Positions 30,855-45,637 of a DNA stretch of 64,000 nt are shown one piece after another; the first letter of the stretch is position 1, and every line of letters begins with the position of its first letter. Origin of the DNA: Chrysomallon squamiferum. Lineage: Eukaryota; Animalia; Mollusca. The notes below the pieces were generated by a model that had not been told where the DNA came from, did no database searches, and was given only the letters and a program-made list of their open reading frames with translations. The DNA lies in assembly GCA_012295275.1 (NCBI GenBank), contig CM022670.1, positions 2,728,001-2,792,000 on the forward strand, read 5' to 3'. A program made the position numbers and the translations under genes.

Positions 30855-31150
30855 ATGAGTATTTGTTTAAAGACGTCTCAAACATCTTATTATTAACAGA
30901 TAATAGGTATTTCTGTAAATACATGATCTTTTATTATACACACTTTATACAGAGAAGAATCTACAAAAAGTCCTTGACACACCTGTACATTTTTTTATCT
31001 ACATTTGTATTGCATCTTACATGTTATTAAGAACCCAGTATATAATGAGAGAGGAAACCCACTGTACAATGTTTTTTTTTTTTTCACAGCTGGGGTTGTT
31101 TTTATTCACCGTCATAATAAGACATACCAGTCTCCACTGATAAACACAAT
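30855..31150 (+). mobile_element. probable decayed short interspersed repeat (SINE/MITE-like)
   Basis: Motifs gagagaggaaacccactg, gtttttattcacc, cataccag and gagcactg recall, from memory only, an abundant gastropod short repeat. Not verified by a search. Confidence 0.4.
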
Positions 31151-31943
31151 CACAGAGCACTGACAGTGGTATAGACATTGCTATGAAAATCTGCAATTAT
31201 AAACTGCATTTTACCTTTATATACATTGAAACTAATATTAAACTCTCAGTCTGAATATGTTTTTCCAATTATTTAATTTTTGAGGTCTCACTGACTGCAG
31301 AAACACCATAAAGCTTGTCTGTCTTCTAGATTCTTCAACCTTTATGTGTTTGTTTGTGTGTGTGTGTGTGTGTGTAATTTTATGTATTAAACAACTTTAA
31401 CAGGTAACATTACAGATTACCTCTGCTGTTTTTCTTGTACGTTACACAACTTTGTTAACAAAGACTGTGCTTGCTGAAACACAGTAGCACCTTTCTGTCC
31501 ATTTATCTGCATTTTGATATTTCCATGTAAAACAACAGGACATTAGAAAAAAAAAAGCTATAACTTCGGTGGTTACAGGCACCATAGATACATCCCTTTG
31601 TCCAGTTAGGATGAAAAATAGCTTGTTAGCAGTAGGAATGTTTCTTTCATTTATTACATGACGTTAGGAAATTTATGAGTATTATTATGTTATGGTGTTT
31701 CACACAGTCTCTTCTCCAAGTTGTGAAACGGGAATTTTTTAATCTCTTGATTAATCTTTATTTTCAACCATTAAACTAAACAATTACATTTATGGAAGTT
31801 CTTGGCCTCTATTTCATGATTTATTTTCCTGATGGAAAAAACAAACTTTACCTTCTGATTTTTCTTTCTTTTCCTCACCCTGTTTTTGTGTTTTAAATTC
31901 ACAAATTTTGCTTTATGTATTTATATCTGAGATCCCCCTGCTT

Positions 31944-31975
<32 letters not shown>

Positions 31976-32020
31976 CCACATACACACACAGACACACACA
32001 CACACACACACTAAGACACA

Positions 32021-32109
<89 letters not shown>

Positions 32110-32114
32110 ACACA
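31944..32114. repeat. (CA)n microsatellite
   Basis: direct inspection. Confidence 0.96.
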
Positions 32115-33389
32115 AAGGCATACTTATTCATACTCGCTGATAACTATTGCAATCTGAAGTGAAAGAGTTGATCTCTGTGTCTGTTTTTTCTTTACATATT
32201 TTTCTTTCCAGGTTTTGCATTAAACGTTATTCTTCAGATAATCTCTTGGTTTATGGTTCATTGTTTGTGGACCTGTCCCACTGACAATAAAAAACCTCTG
32301 AACAATACTTACCTCTTTGGACAAACCTCCAAACAGTAACACATCTCTTTGAAACTGATGATTTGAAGACTGCAGGAACAAATGACATTTCTTTTTAAAA
32401 ATTTCTTTATTTGTTCAGCTTTGGAAAATTAATTATTGTTTACTCACTTTCTTGACACAAGCCATACCTGTTTATTATTTTTACAAAAATTCTTTAGAGT
32501 GGTAGAAATGAAGACATACACACGTGTGTACATACTGATGAAAATTAAAATATTTTCACTCGCTGTATTTGTGATAATATTTACTATTAACTTTAACCAG
32601 TTAAAATATTGAATTTTTTCTGTGGACTTTCTTCACATTCCAAACACTGTTGTGTGTTCTCATTCTTCAGGTAATATTTGAGTTCATATTTATTCAAAAA
32701 AAAAAAAAAATTAAAGACATTATTTTTTGTTTATTGGTTCTCTAACATTTATTATTTTTTTAGATATATTTTTTCTCATTTCATATACTGGGTAGATTGT
32801 GTTATCAGTATCAGTACAGGGGAAGTCATAATTATGAACACAACATTGGTTTTCAAGAGGTTAACAGGAGCTGAAATATCTTCCAACAAATGTTTAGTCA
32901 TTAGGAAATAATTCCCTTCAGCTGTTCTGTGTTAAACCAAATTCATTTTTCCACACAGTCTGAAACTGATACATGTTACATAAATCTTAATTCTTGCAAA
33001 TCCACTGGTGATATATAATAATAATAATGCCACTTGAATTCAGTTTATTTTGTTTGAATAATGACCTAGAAACATTTACATTCTTGAAGAAATAATCATT
33101 AATGGACATTGTGATACATGAATAATATACAAACATATTCACATATTAAAAAGGTTTTGATGATCAGATTATGTTAATTCAGATCACAGAGTATTGACAT
33201 TTTACAAGATACAATAGACTCTTGTTATGTTCAGTTATAATAACACACTTGGATTGTTTTAATGTCAGTTCTGTCACATACAACTATTCACATTTATCTA
33301 TACAGCAGATTCTGCTGTACTTACTTACGATAGAGGAATGATAATGTGTTTAATTTATTCTAATTTGTTTTCATTAAATTCTCTTAATG

Positions 33390-33885
33390 TGCAGATATTC
33401 ACATTTTTACAAAACACAACAACCTCTTTATATTTAAAGGTAATAAAATTTAGATTATTTTAATGCTAATTCTATTAAGGTATGTTAGTTGAATGGTTAT
33501 ACTATTTAAAATATTTTAATGTTAATTCTATTAAGGTATGTTAGTTGAATGGTTATACTATTCAAAATATTTTAATGTTAATTCTATTGATACAGAAATA
33601 TTCATATTCTGTTATATTTAGTTGAATGGTAATACTTAGATTATTTTAATATTAATTCTATTAATATAGAAATTGTTAACCTCAGTTATATTTAATGTTT
33701 ATACTATTTAAATTATTTTAACCTTGATTTTCTATTCATATTAGAAAAAAAATAATTCCACAACAAGATACTGATATATTTAATTGAACAGTAATATAGT
33801 TAGATTTTTTTAATATTAAATCTATTAGCATAGATATATATTCACATTCTACAAGACCCAACAACTACAACCTCTGTTATACTCA
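33390..33885. repeat. degenerate tandem array with a young 56-bp duplication
   Basis: tatgttagttgaatggttatactatt at 33481 and 33537; attttaat.ttaattctatt recurs about 5 times. Confidence 0.85.
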
Positions 33886-36128
33886 GTAAGTTAGCTGAGA
33901 ACTAGCACTGAAAGACTACAAGATTATGCAGTGCTCGTACATTTGTTATGGATTTTTGAATTTTGTCATTCTCCGTGTTGTATGGATTTTTGATTTTTGT
34001 CAGTTTTGTCATCCTAATTGAAACAGCTGTTTGGTTTTCCTCTGTGCTGGTCACACATGTGTTGTACTGCCTTTCAGACATCATGCTAATAATGTGAAGG
34101 CAGAAATGCAGGAGCCGAGAATTGTCATTGTGATTGGGTGGGTGGTTCCCCTGGCTGATACTTTCTGACAGGTAGGAGGAATAAAGGTGACACATCAATG
34201 TCTGAGTGGATAATAAAAATATAACGATTTTCAGATATTAAAAATAAAGGAAAGAATGCAATGGATTATTAATATGTAAATAAATGATAAAAAAAAAAGG
34301 AAAATTGAAGGGGTAAATAATTAAAATATAGATCTTTGAACATTAAAATTATATTATGCAAGAGAATTTAGGAAATATAACACAAAAAAGGTAAATTGAA
34401 AACATGACTTTGAAATAAAATGAAGGTGGTAAGAAAGATAATATAAGTTGAAAATAAATACACATCTTTGAACAGTGATACACAAGTTATGAGATAACAA
34501 TAAAAATAATAAAGAGTTATGGGAGGGAAGTCCAGAAACTGAATGGATTGGGGGGGGGGGTGAAATAAGATTAAAGTGGTAGGGTGAGTAATTTAATGTG
34601 AACTGGGAAGTATAAAACAAAACCCAAACATTTTAACAAATTTTACTTAATTGTATTTTTGAAACAAAGGAAAAATAAAGTAAGCAAACATAGGCAATAA
34701 CTGTAACAGCATTAATAGCATTTGTCTGTCTTCTTCTTGTTTTGCTGAGATTAATATGCACAAACACCATCAAAACATACACACAGACAAATAGGCAGAG
34801 AGAGACAGAGACAGACACAGACAGACAGACAAACAAAAATAGTATGTTTTATTTTAAACAGCTTGCATTTAATTTGGTAAGTAATATCCATACTATTAAC
34901 TGACACCTTTTTATTTTTTAACAAAACATTTAGAAAAATAAACCTTTTTATCTTTGCAAATTTATTTCAGACATAAAATGTTATGTAAGCTAACCTGTCT
35001 TGTCTGACCTGTAATTAAGAATAAATAATGAAAATTTTCTAATCTGCACTTTTGTCAATCTACAACAGAAATTTGTTAAGTGTGTGAAAAACATTGGATT
35101 AGTTTCTGATTTATTTTACTTTAATCTTTTTTCATTTTCTCAAAATAACTAAAAAAAAAAAGAAACCTTTGCCAATGTTCTCTTTAAAGTTTACATTCCA
35201 TTTGACATCGTCTTCTGCATTTTTGTTTGATCATAAAAATAGATAATAAATGAAATTTAAATTTAGATGGAAAAAGTGTTTGCACACATCCATTATTTTT
35301 GAGTAATTCAAGTAAAAACATATAAAAAGTGTAATTTTTGAATTTTGATTGTTATTGTTGGTCACAGTATAAAATAATTACATTGTAATGTAATAAGCGC
35401 AGAACTCTTAGTTTAAAAAATGTGTTAGATTAAGAATATTTGAAAATAGTAATCTAAATGATAATTCACAATATTTGAAGTTTAATTCTGATTCTTAAAA
35501 AAACAAAAAACAAAACAAAAAAAAACAATTCATTTTTGTTTTTTGTAAAAGCAATAGAAACACTTTTTTATGTGGCCTTAATACATACACACATATATAC
35601 ATAAAATAATTAATAACAACAACAATATTGAAAGAATAAACAAACAAACAAATAAATATATTATCTTTGTTGGAAATAAATTGCAGTTTTATTTACACTG
35701 ACATAAGAATGTAACAACATTTTTTTTTTTATTCTTCAAACAAACAAACAGACAAACAATTTTTACAAAATATATTTTCTTCATATTTCATAATTACTGA
35801 CTTTGATGAAACAGGACTACATGAGTGAATATTTTTTGTATTAATATTTTTTGTTTGAGTGTGTTATTGAGTTGTGGCTGTGACATACGAGACGATATTG
35901 TCTAGTGACAAAATCTTCTTCTGTGTCTTCTTCACCATCATCTTGTACCCATTGTGTGCTTCTCAGCTTCCCTGCCATACACAATCATCTCTCATTCTTG
36001 TTAGCAGTTTCACCTGTCTTTGTAAAGGTCTATTAGTTTAGCATTATTCCCAGGTGATAATGCAAAGAAGAATAGAAAAAAAAAAGAGAAAAAAAAAAGT
36101 TGAAGAAGAAGAAAAAAATATGAAAATA

Positions 36129-36277
<149 letters not shown>

Positions 36278-39152
36278 AATTATTTTGAATGGGGAAGATG
36301 TATATAAAAGATTTCTTGCTTCCAGTCTAAAAAGAATAATCATTTACATTGGGTTTCCTCTCTCTCAATACCTAGATGATATTTATGTATTATGAAAACA
36401 TAATAATATTAATTGTCAGTAAAGTAATGATGCATAAACTACAAGGATTTTAAGCTGGTTTTGTGTTTTGCTGGAACATAAATTGTATGAAGAATTTGTA
36501 TTTGTTTACTAATTGTTAACTGCAGGATTTCATGTTTATGATGTTGTACTGATCAGGATAAGTGATAGTAGTAAGTTTTATGACTAGTTTCAGCATTATT
36601 ATTAGTTTTATAGTCATAATTTTAGGGTTTATGTAAAGTCAAATAATTTTTTAAAAACAGATTCAGAATAAGACAAGGGAATTTTATTTCCAAAAACAAT
36701 GGAAGTAAAATATTTTCAGATTATACACAGATTGATTTAAATTAAAAAAATAAAAAATAATAATAAATAAGAAAACTTTTTCCTGTTTTTATCTGTCACT
36801 ATTCCTTCATTAAATTGTTGGCCTACACCCACGAACCTAGTAAAGCTGGCTGAAATCTTGTCTGTGTGATTTCTTACTTTGGAATCAGACTCTGACTGGT
36901 AAGAGAACACTTAAAATAAACTTTCTCTTATCTCGCACTGATTGAGCACAAATAAAATGTTTTCTTTGCATTATATCAAATCAGAGTCAAAACAGCAATC
37001 AAAATGGCTGCCGGATCTCACACCACAGTTTTGTTTTTCATCTCAAATGCAATTACCGACAAAATATAAACAAGAACTACAAAAAAACAACACTGCAGTT
37101 GGGTTATCTTTCTTCTGATTTTAAAAACTGGCATCAAGAAAATAAATAAAAAAGCCCATGTAAACAAGAAGTAGCCTGTCATTGGCAGTGAAAAAACATC
37201 ATCGATTGAATGCACATGTGAAGATTGAATTAGCTGATGCTCTTTCATAGTGGATTATATTGTTTCTGTAAAACAGATGGCCTGTTTATTTTATTTTCAG
37301 TATAAACTTGTGGAGACATAAAAATACCATTCTATGAGATGTCGATGCATAAAATAACACTGCAGATAGACCTGCATGTTTTAATAACACTTAAACAGGC
37401 TCATGGTTTGGTTGTTATTTTTCTGAAAATGTCTACTTTAATTGATTGCCATACAAGTTAGCTTTTTATACCCAGACATACCTAATTTTCTTTTTGCTTG
37501 TTTTTGTTCTTTTTTAAATTTATATTATTATTATTATTTTTAAATGTTTATAAATTATTATTATTGTTTAAAAAGAAAGATTAAAAAAGAAGAAGAAAAA
37601 GTAGATTTATTTATAGTTTCATGATTGAGAAATTCTGTTGTAAATTTTATCATTGTCTCTGATTATAATCTGCATTTTGACCTTTCTACAGAACCTAACA
37701 TTAAAATGTCTGTTTATCTGTCTGTAATTTTTCCTTCATACCTAATTTTCACTATCTGATTATCTGCAGCCTTTTCATTATTTGTGACTGTCTGGTGTCT
37801 GTCTATCCATCCACAATTTGTATAGCCTTTTATAACAGTGTTAACATAAATAGTGTAGAGATATTTTATTTAGACAACGTATCTTTGACTTTCACAGTAC
37901 CTCAAAAAAAAAAAAAAAAAAACCTTAATTTCCTTTGTTCAGTACTCATATTACTTTGTGAAACTTTTTTTGTAACAAAAATTTCAAACTTGAAATAAAT
38001 AAGGTATAGATATGTCCAATAATAGTTCTGCAGCATGGCATTTGGGTTCCAGATGGATTGAAGTTTTGTCAAGGAATATTATAATGACAGTTTTAGAAAA
38101 GTAAGTAGATGCTGTACACATTTCCTCCATCTGATGGTGAAGGTGTAGCTAAGTAATGAGTTATGACAAGATAATGTACTGCAGTGGGAAGGATACACTA
38201 GATAAATGTCTAGATTGTTGTTCTTGTAGATGAGCTAGGAAATGTTGAGAATCTCAATGTGTTGTTGTTCAGATTTCTTCACCTCCTCTCTCATTCACCC
38301 ATCATTATTCATGTCAGAGAGAGAGAGTGTGTTTTTTTGTTCTTTTTTTTTTTTAACGAGTTTAGCTGATTCTTTTTTTCTTCTTCTTGTAAACCATCTA
38401 TTCAACCCGTTTGAGAGACAGGACTGATTTGTTCCCCTTCTTCTTCTTTTTAACATGCTGTTTTTCAATATTCTCGAGATAATGAGGTCTGAAGAAAATG
38501 TCTGAAAACATAAACATATCAGCCAGACAATTTAGAGTTGCATTGTGAGTTGTAAACTTTTCTCTTCTCTCTCTTTTTTTAACCTTTCTGTTTCTTCTTG
38601 GGCTGAAGTCAGGTGTCACAATGTTTTTCCAGGAGAATGTCGAAGTATTTTCTGTGTTTGTTGAGAGCACAACAGGTGAACTGCAGACTATGACTTCCAT
38701 TGAAAGATTGATGGCCCATTAAATTCAGTTTAAGATCTTTTACTAGCAGAGGCATGGAACATTAATTATGTCAAGTTTTAGACTTGTTGAAATAACAGTG
38801 TGGAAACCAGTTTGAAAAATACACACACTACTGTTGTTGTTATTATTACATGGCCTAGTTCTTTAATATATATGTTTTTTCGTATATTTTTCTTTCTTTT
38901 TTAAAATATGTTTATGTGAGACTGAGAGTGTTTTATGAGCAGGGATTGAAAAAAGAAAATTACCGGTTAGTCTATTCTGACATGGATTGTTCCATTTAGG
39001 ATTAATGTGTAATGTTTAAAAAATGCATTAGTAAAATAATATTTGTTGATTGATTGTAACATATATCTTTTGCATGTAGATAAAAACACAAAGATAAACA
39101 CAGGTAATATAAAAAAAATTAAAATGCATTCTGTGCATTATATCAGCCATGA

Positions 39153-39418
39153 TCAATATTTTGTAGTGTAAATCTTATTATCTTTGTGAAAACATATGCT
39201 AAGGCAACAATATTTTGTAAGAAAACCACAAATGTTATTAACTTTACAGAACTATAACACAACAATATTTTGTAAGAAATCGACAAATCCGATTAACTTT
39301 GTGAAAATCTGCTGAGTTACTGATATTCTATAAGATAACCACAAATCTGATTAATTTACACAACTACATGCTAAGTTAACAGTATTTTGTAAGAGGACCA
39401 AAATCTTGTTAACTTTTC
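39153..39418. repeat. ~55-59 bp degenerate minisatellite, 5 units
   Basis: aatattttgta-like anchors at about 39155, 39209, 39264, 39322 and 39381. Confidence 0.85.
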
Positions 39419-40847
39419 CTAACTGTCCCTTTCACTGAGGTAACCTAATACGCCAGAGATTGGCAGCAGATATGGCTTATGTAGGCTCTTCCAGCTAATC
39501 TGAGGAATTGGTGAATGAAACCTTACCCTGACCAACTGGACAAAATCTAATGACCCATGTAAAAAGAAGCATGGTGGAGTTCATTAGAATTTTATCACAT
39601 TAGCTTAATAAAGCGAGAAAGTGGCTCTATCTGCCACAAATGTGATTAACACATCAGTCTGGTAATACCCAGGACTTCCTCCTGCTTGCTGGAGAATTCT
39701 ACTTAGCTTGCAATGAACTGTTGAACTGTGGCAAACAGTTGCCAGGTCGGTACAGGAACTGTCTGTCTGTCTCTGTGACTGTAGGATGTTTAGAGATTAG
39801 CGAGGTGCAGAAATAGCTGGTGTGAGTAAATACTCACAAGAGTTGTCACTTCTGTCACCTGTGTGCTTCTGTTGTCTTGTACTCCACTCATTCACACCAG
39901 AAGCCGGAAAGTTGCAAAAAACACAGAATGAGACAATTTCTAAATAATCCATTGTAAACTGCCTGCCCCCATAGTTTGCACTGCGAAGTTTAGCTGAGAC
40001 CAAAATAATGTTTGTTGTCACTGCATGTAACAGCGACCTCAACAGATTTAAATTAATTTATAATTTTAAATTGAAACTATAATTATATATGTTTTTCTTT
40101 TCAGTTTTTTATTTTTATATATAGTTTATATGTTTGTTTGTATGTATGTGTATATTTTATACATGCATGTTTGTGTGCATGTTCGTCTGTTTGTGAGTGA
40201 TGTGTATAAATATACCCACATCCTGTTAAACCAAAATGAATGCACTGCTGTCATTCAAATTATATGCTTTTATTGCTTCCTGTACTGATGATGTAGTTGC
40301 TGATGATGATGCCATTCAGACTGCGACAGTCACTGTTCATACAGTATACTTTAACTGTCACCACCACACTGTTGTGCACTCTCAAATTAGCAGGTACACA
40401 GTTCATCATCACAGTGTTCATTGCTGGCCTCTGACTGACTTCTCAGTAGCAGTCTCTAATTACACCACATCTCTTCAAACTGCGCCTACCATACAGTGCA
40501 CATTAGACCTAATTGTTTGTCCATCTGCAGGCACATTAAGCTCAGCTGGCAGAGGTTATTTCCCCTGGTTTAGGTTAACTCCCTTGGTAATTAGCAGTTT
40601 TTGTGCCTTCACTGGTAATTATTATTATTTTTGTTTTTTCACCTCCTTTGGTAATTGTAAAGCCAGATTAACTGATACAGCTAGAGTAGTTTTCGGCAGT
40701 GGTATAATTATACACAGGTAGAGTGATATGTCTGCACACAGTGAGTGAGTCGTAGGGGTAATGCATGTTAATTAATACAGTTTTTAAATATTAATAATCT
40801 CACCTGCCAAAGTTTACTTCTCTTAGTAATTATGAAATAGTTTTAAC

Positions 40848-40849
<2 letters not shown>

Positions 40850-40889
<40 letters not shown>

Positions 40890-40954
40890 ACACACAAATA
40901 CATGTAACACACACACACAAACACATGTAACACACACACACACAAATACATGTA

Positions 40955-40986
<32 letters not shown>

Positions 40987-41095
40987 CCCACACACAAACA
41001 CATGTAACACACACACACACACACAAACATGCACACACACACATACATGTAACATATACACACACACAAACAAACATAATATAAACACACATAAA
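40850..41095. repeat. (CA)n punctuated by recurring ACATGTAA
   Basis: direct inspection. Confidence 0.93.
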
Positions 41096-42266
41096 TAAAC
41101 ATAAATACACAGAAAAACAGATGAAAGGACAGATACATAAATATTCATGTGACTGTTTAACTGTAACAAATTATCCCTGCTAGTAGGCTAACATTAATTC
41201 ACATTTTGTCAAGCTATGTTAAAACCAGTTTAAAAAAATTCAAATGAAATGAAAACCCCATAACAAATAAAATGATAAAAAAAATATATATATATATATT
41301 TTTGCTCCAAGATCTGTCACTGACATCAGATTAATAATACTTGTCAGCATTTAAAATGTTCAGAGTAATAAATAAACAGACAGTTGCAGATTTTTAAACT
41401 GTTTTTCTTTCTCATTCCTATTTAAAAAAAACAAGTATGTGAAAACTTGATACAAATGTAACCTCTGAAAAGAACAAAAAATGTTGGAAGTCTGCATTGT
41501 TTTGTTAAGTCAGATGAATTATGACCTGTTGGAATTATTTGGAATCCTGACATGTCAGCAGTTTTTGGTAAGACCAAGCAGCACTTTTATTGAAACAATC
41601 TCCTGTGTTTAGTACCTATAAAATCAGTCTTTCTTTGTGCCCACTGGAACGTGCTTTGCAGTTATGGCTTTTCGCAGTGTCCTTTCAAACACAAAAGAAA
41701 TTAGAGATTGCACACAAACTGATACCAGCCAGCCCCAAACTGCTGAGATTTTCACAAATCTCCAGCCCAGCACTAAATATCTTGCAGTAATTTATCTTAA
41801 CCCTTCTCACTTTAACATACGCAGTTAATGAGCATTTGTCAAGAACAATCACGTTTATGGCTGCTTTAACTGCCTTCCATGCTGTTGACTGTGGAGCTGT
41901 TGGATATTGTGCACACGATGATGCTGTGCTGTTGGAGGTAGTTGTTGTCAGATTAAGGTGAAGTGGACGGACATTTATGCGAGTCCCTGCCTGGGTTGTG
42001 GACGTTTCCTGTTGTTTCTGATTCATGCATTGCAAATTTATATTCTTGTCAGTAATTTATTGGGGAAATGTTTTTATTATTTCTCATGCTGAAACCATTA
42101 ACACTGGTGCACATTATCACCTGCATAGTTTTTAAAGTACTTATTTTACAGCATGAAAAAGATTAAATTGAATAAAAATAATCTTTTTGCACAGATAAAC
42201 GTAGCAGTTATATTTAAAATTCAGAGTGTCAGCTCAGTGTAGGCAGAGGTAGATGTGTCTGTGTTT

Positions 42267-42300
<34 letters not shown>

Positions 42301-43511
42301 TTGTAAGTTTGTATTTTGTTATATCAAACACTAGAATCTCTACCAAAAGAAAAAAAAAAAAAAAAAAAAAAAAAAACAAAAAAAACCCCACCAACAGCAA
42401 TAAAAAGAAAAAACACAAAAACAATAAGCAATACATAAATAAATAAATAAATAAAAGCTAACTAGATAATTAAAATCAAAATAAATAATAAATAGATAAA
42501 TTTTAAATAAAAGCTGACATAAATAATGAATATATAATCCAAATAAGCAATGAATAAACAAAACAAAACAAAAATAAATAAATAATAAAGAATATATAAC
42601 TCTGCTAAAAAAAACTGAAATAAATAAACATACAAATCTATGACTAACCACCTCATGAAAATGTCAAAACAAATTTTAAACAAAACGCAAAAACAACCTA
42701 AAAAAACGACAACAAAAAAAACAACCAATAAAAGAAAAAAAAAGTCAAGAAAAAACACCAGAAAAAAAAGGCAAAAAAAGAAAAAGAAGAATGATGTCTG
42801 ATGTTATCAACAGACACCTTTCATGAATATTGTCTGAGGACACATGATTTGTATCACAGAGAGATATTGGATATCAGAAGTTAAAATATCTAGAGACAGG
42901 GAGAATATTTTACAAATACTAAAAGCTGTATGTCAGTTTTAGACAACAATAAAAAATATTGTTAGTGAAGTATTTTAATTTATTTATTTTTAAATGTTAT
43001 GTATTTAATTCTCAAAACAGTTGTTATTAATAACTCTGAAAAATTGTTTTTGTTACTGTTTGTTTTAATATTAGAAACATAATAGATTTTTGTGATCACA
43101 AATTACATAAACAGTTTGTAAACTGAATGTCGAAAACGTCATTGTTCTGTAAGAAATATTACATAAACAGTTTGTAAAAGGGAAACTGTTTTTTCCAGGA
43201 TCTGTTTTCTCACAACAGCTGCTGCTCATTGCTGGCTTTCATCTCCATGTTGTGATTATTTTATTACTTATTTCCTCACTGGCTTGTTCAGGTTCAGAAC
43301 CAGGCTGCTTACCACAGAGTCTTTAAACTCCAGGATCAAACTGAGAGTATTGGGTAACAGTCTTTTACCTCACAGAATTATTACAAAATGTCAGACATGG
43401 GCACCGTTTAGACTTAATTCTTGGATGGCTTTTCCCTGTTCAGAACATTGCAGTCACTTTAAACCCAGCTGAAGGGAGATGTTTGAGAGTTGTGATTTCT
43501 CATAATGTTTT

Positions 43512-43840
43512 AAACAGAACTGATCAAGTTTGCTTGTTATGGTCTCAAGCTCCATCTTATTTCTTTAATGGCTTGTCTCTGTTAAAAATATTTTAGTCAG
43601 TTCAAGTAACACCCAGTAAAAAGGAAGATGTATGAATGATGTTGGTAAATGTTTATACTGTATCAAACAAACTGATCAAGCATGTTTGTTATGGGCACGT
43701 TTCTGAGCTATCTCTGTTTAAAACAATGCAGTAACACCAGAATTACAGGGAAATGTATCAGTTTGAGTAATGTCTTACTTCAGTCACATAGTTGTTCAAG
43801 CTTCCTTGTTACGGGCATTTGTTTTTAACTGGCTTGTCAC
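43512..43840. repeat. three diverged ~130-150 bp units
   Basis: aactgatcaag..ttgttatgg anchors near 43518, 43670 and 43795; agtaacacc near 43605 and 43730. Confidence 0.65.
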
Positions 43841-45447
43841 TTTTGTCTTTACCTCTATGAGTATTACTTGAGACAGACAAAAGAAAAAAAAATTCTGCTA
43901 ATATTAATAAAAATGAATAAATAAAAATAAATAAAAAATAATAATAATAAAAAATACAACAATACAACTACTATTACTACTACTACTAATAATAATAATA
44001 AAAATAAATAAATAAAAATAAATAAATAAAAATAAATAAAAAATACAACAATACTACTACTACTACTACTATTACTACTACTGCTACTACTACTACTACT
44101 ACTAATAATAATAACTTCAAAAAGAGAGAGAATGTGAGTGCTTACATTAAAGAAGTGATCAAACACGCTGGTTGTGGACAAAAACTTTGACTTTCTCAGC
44201 GTGTTCTGACCATGACAGGCAGGTGACAGGAGATGCAGTAAATTAACCAAGCATCTTTATTTACTTACCTTTATGCAGGTAAAACTAATTAGAGGTGATC
44301 TACAGGTGTATGAAAAGTTTGACCACCTTGGTGTTGTTATCAGGTGAGGATGGGTGCTGCCACACAAGACCTGTCAGTTCTCATTCTTATCTTATTTACA
44401 TTTCACCTCTGATATTTTTTCTCTTGTGACAGTGTTTTTCTTTATTATTGTTTGTGAGTCTGGCTGAGATGGATGTGTGTTGATTCTGTATTCAAGAGAA
44501 TAGATTACTTTGTCAGGGTCAGGGTCAGTTTTGTCTGTTTTTGTTGGAGTTTAAAATGTTTTGGTATTTAGCAAATGTAGGCTGCATCCTCTGGTATGTT
44601 GATAAAATAACAAAAACAGGAAATATTTGGCCATGTACAATATGCATATAAAAATCTTTGTTAATACTTTGTCAATACATAATGCCAACAAGCATAAAAC
44701 ATATCTAATGAAGTATGAAAAGGAAAACAGAAATACCACATACTTAGGATAACAACTAAAGACTGAATCTAAAATTAATTACATTTTGATTTTTTTAAAT
44801 TATAATAATGATTTAATATTCAGTTTAAACTTCTTAAATGTTTCATAAATAAAAAACTTAAGTATAAAAAGAATCTGCCAGTGGTTACCATTTTCATTGC
44901 AAAATATTCTTGTACATTAAGCTATGTTCTTAAAATAAATAATTTTATTTTACAATGTAAACATAGGATGTGACAAATGTTAATCATATACACCAATGGA
45001 ATTTAACTGTATGATGATTTTTAATGATGGAATAATTTTGTTGATTTAGTGATTTTAATAAAAAAACATATTTTAATAATAATTCTGTCCTTCAATTTTA
45101 TTTTTATATTTACTCTTCAGCCTGTCTCTCATTTCTATTGTCAGTATTATTTCTGGGTTTTTTTATTCTCCTTTTTTCCTCACTCAAGCAATAACTAGCT
45201 GAAAGACGATACACATAATTATTCTTATGTCCAATCCATTTTACCAACACAATACACAGTCAGCGTGCAAAACTGATAACAAAGTTGGTCCTAACAAACT
45301 AACAGATTAACCGCACACCGCACAAAAGATTTCTCGCTGGCACAGTTACAGCAAATGTGCTGTTGAATATGTAGTTTAGGATTACGACAAAGAGCCAGTG
45401 ATTTTTCTTTTGTCACACAAACTGACTGCCTGAGGCCAGACATGGTG

Positions 45448-45637
45448 CGTGTGGCCCCAGGTCAGGGGTTCTGTGACATTTGTAGATCATTCTCCTGAAA
45501 GCAGTCTATCCCTGGCCTTGTTTGCACATGTTTATGTATGACATCGTGTGGCCCCAGGTCAGGGGTTCTGTGACGTTTGTAGATCATTCTCCTGCAAGCA
45601 GTCTATCCCTGGCCTTGTTTGCACATGTTTATGTATG
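45448..45637. repeat. 97-bp tandem duplication, 2 near-identical copies
   Basis: copies start at 45448 and 45545; two substitutions seen. Confidence 0.95.

Noticed and set aside
40236-40721. 161-aa ATG ORF
   Set aside because: No recognisable domain or cadherin motifs and a composition typical of non-coding DNA. It cannot be supported without expression data.
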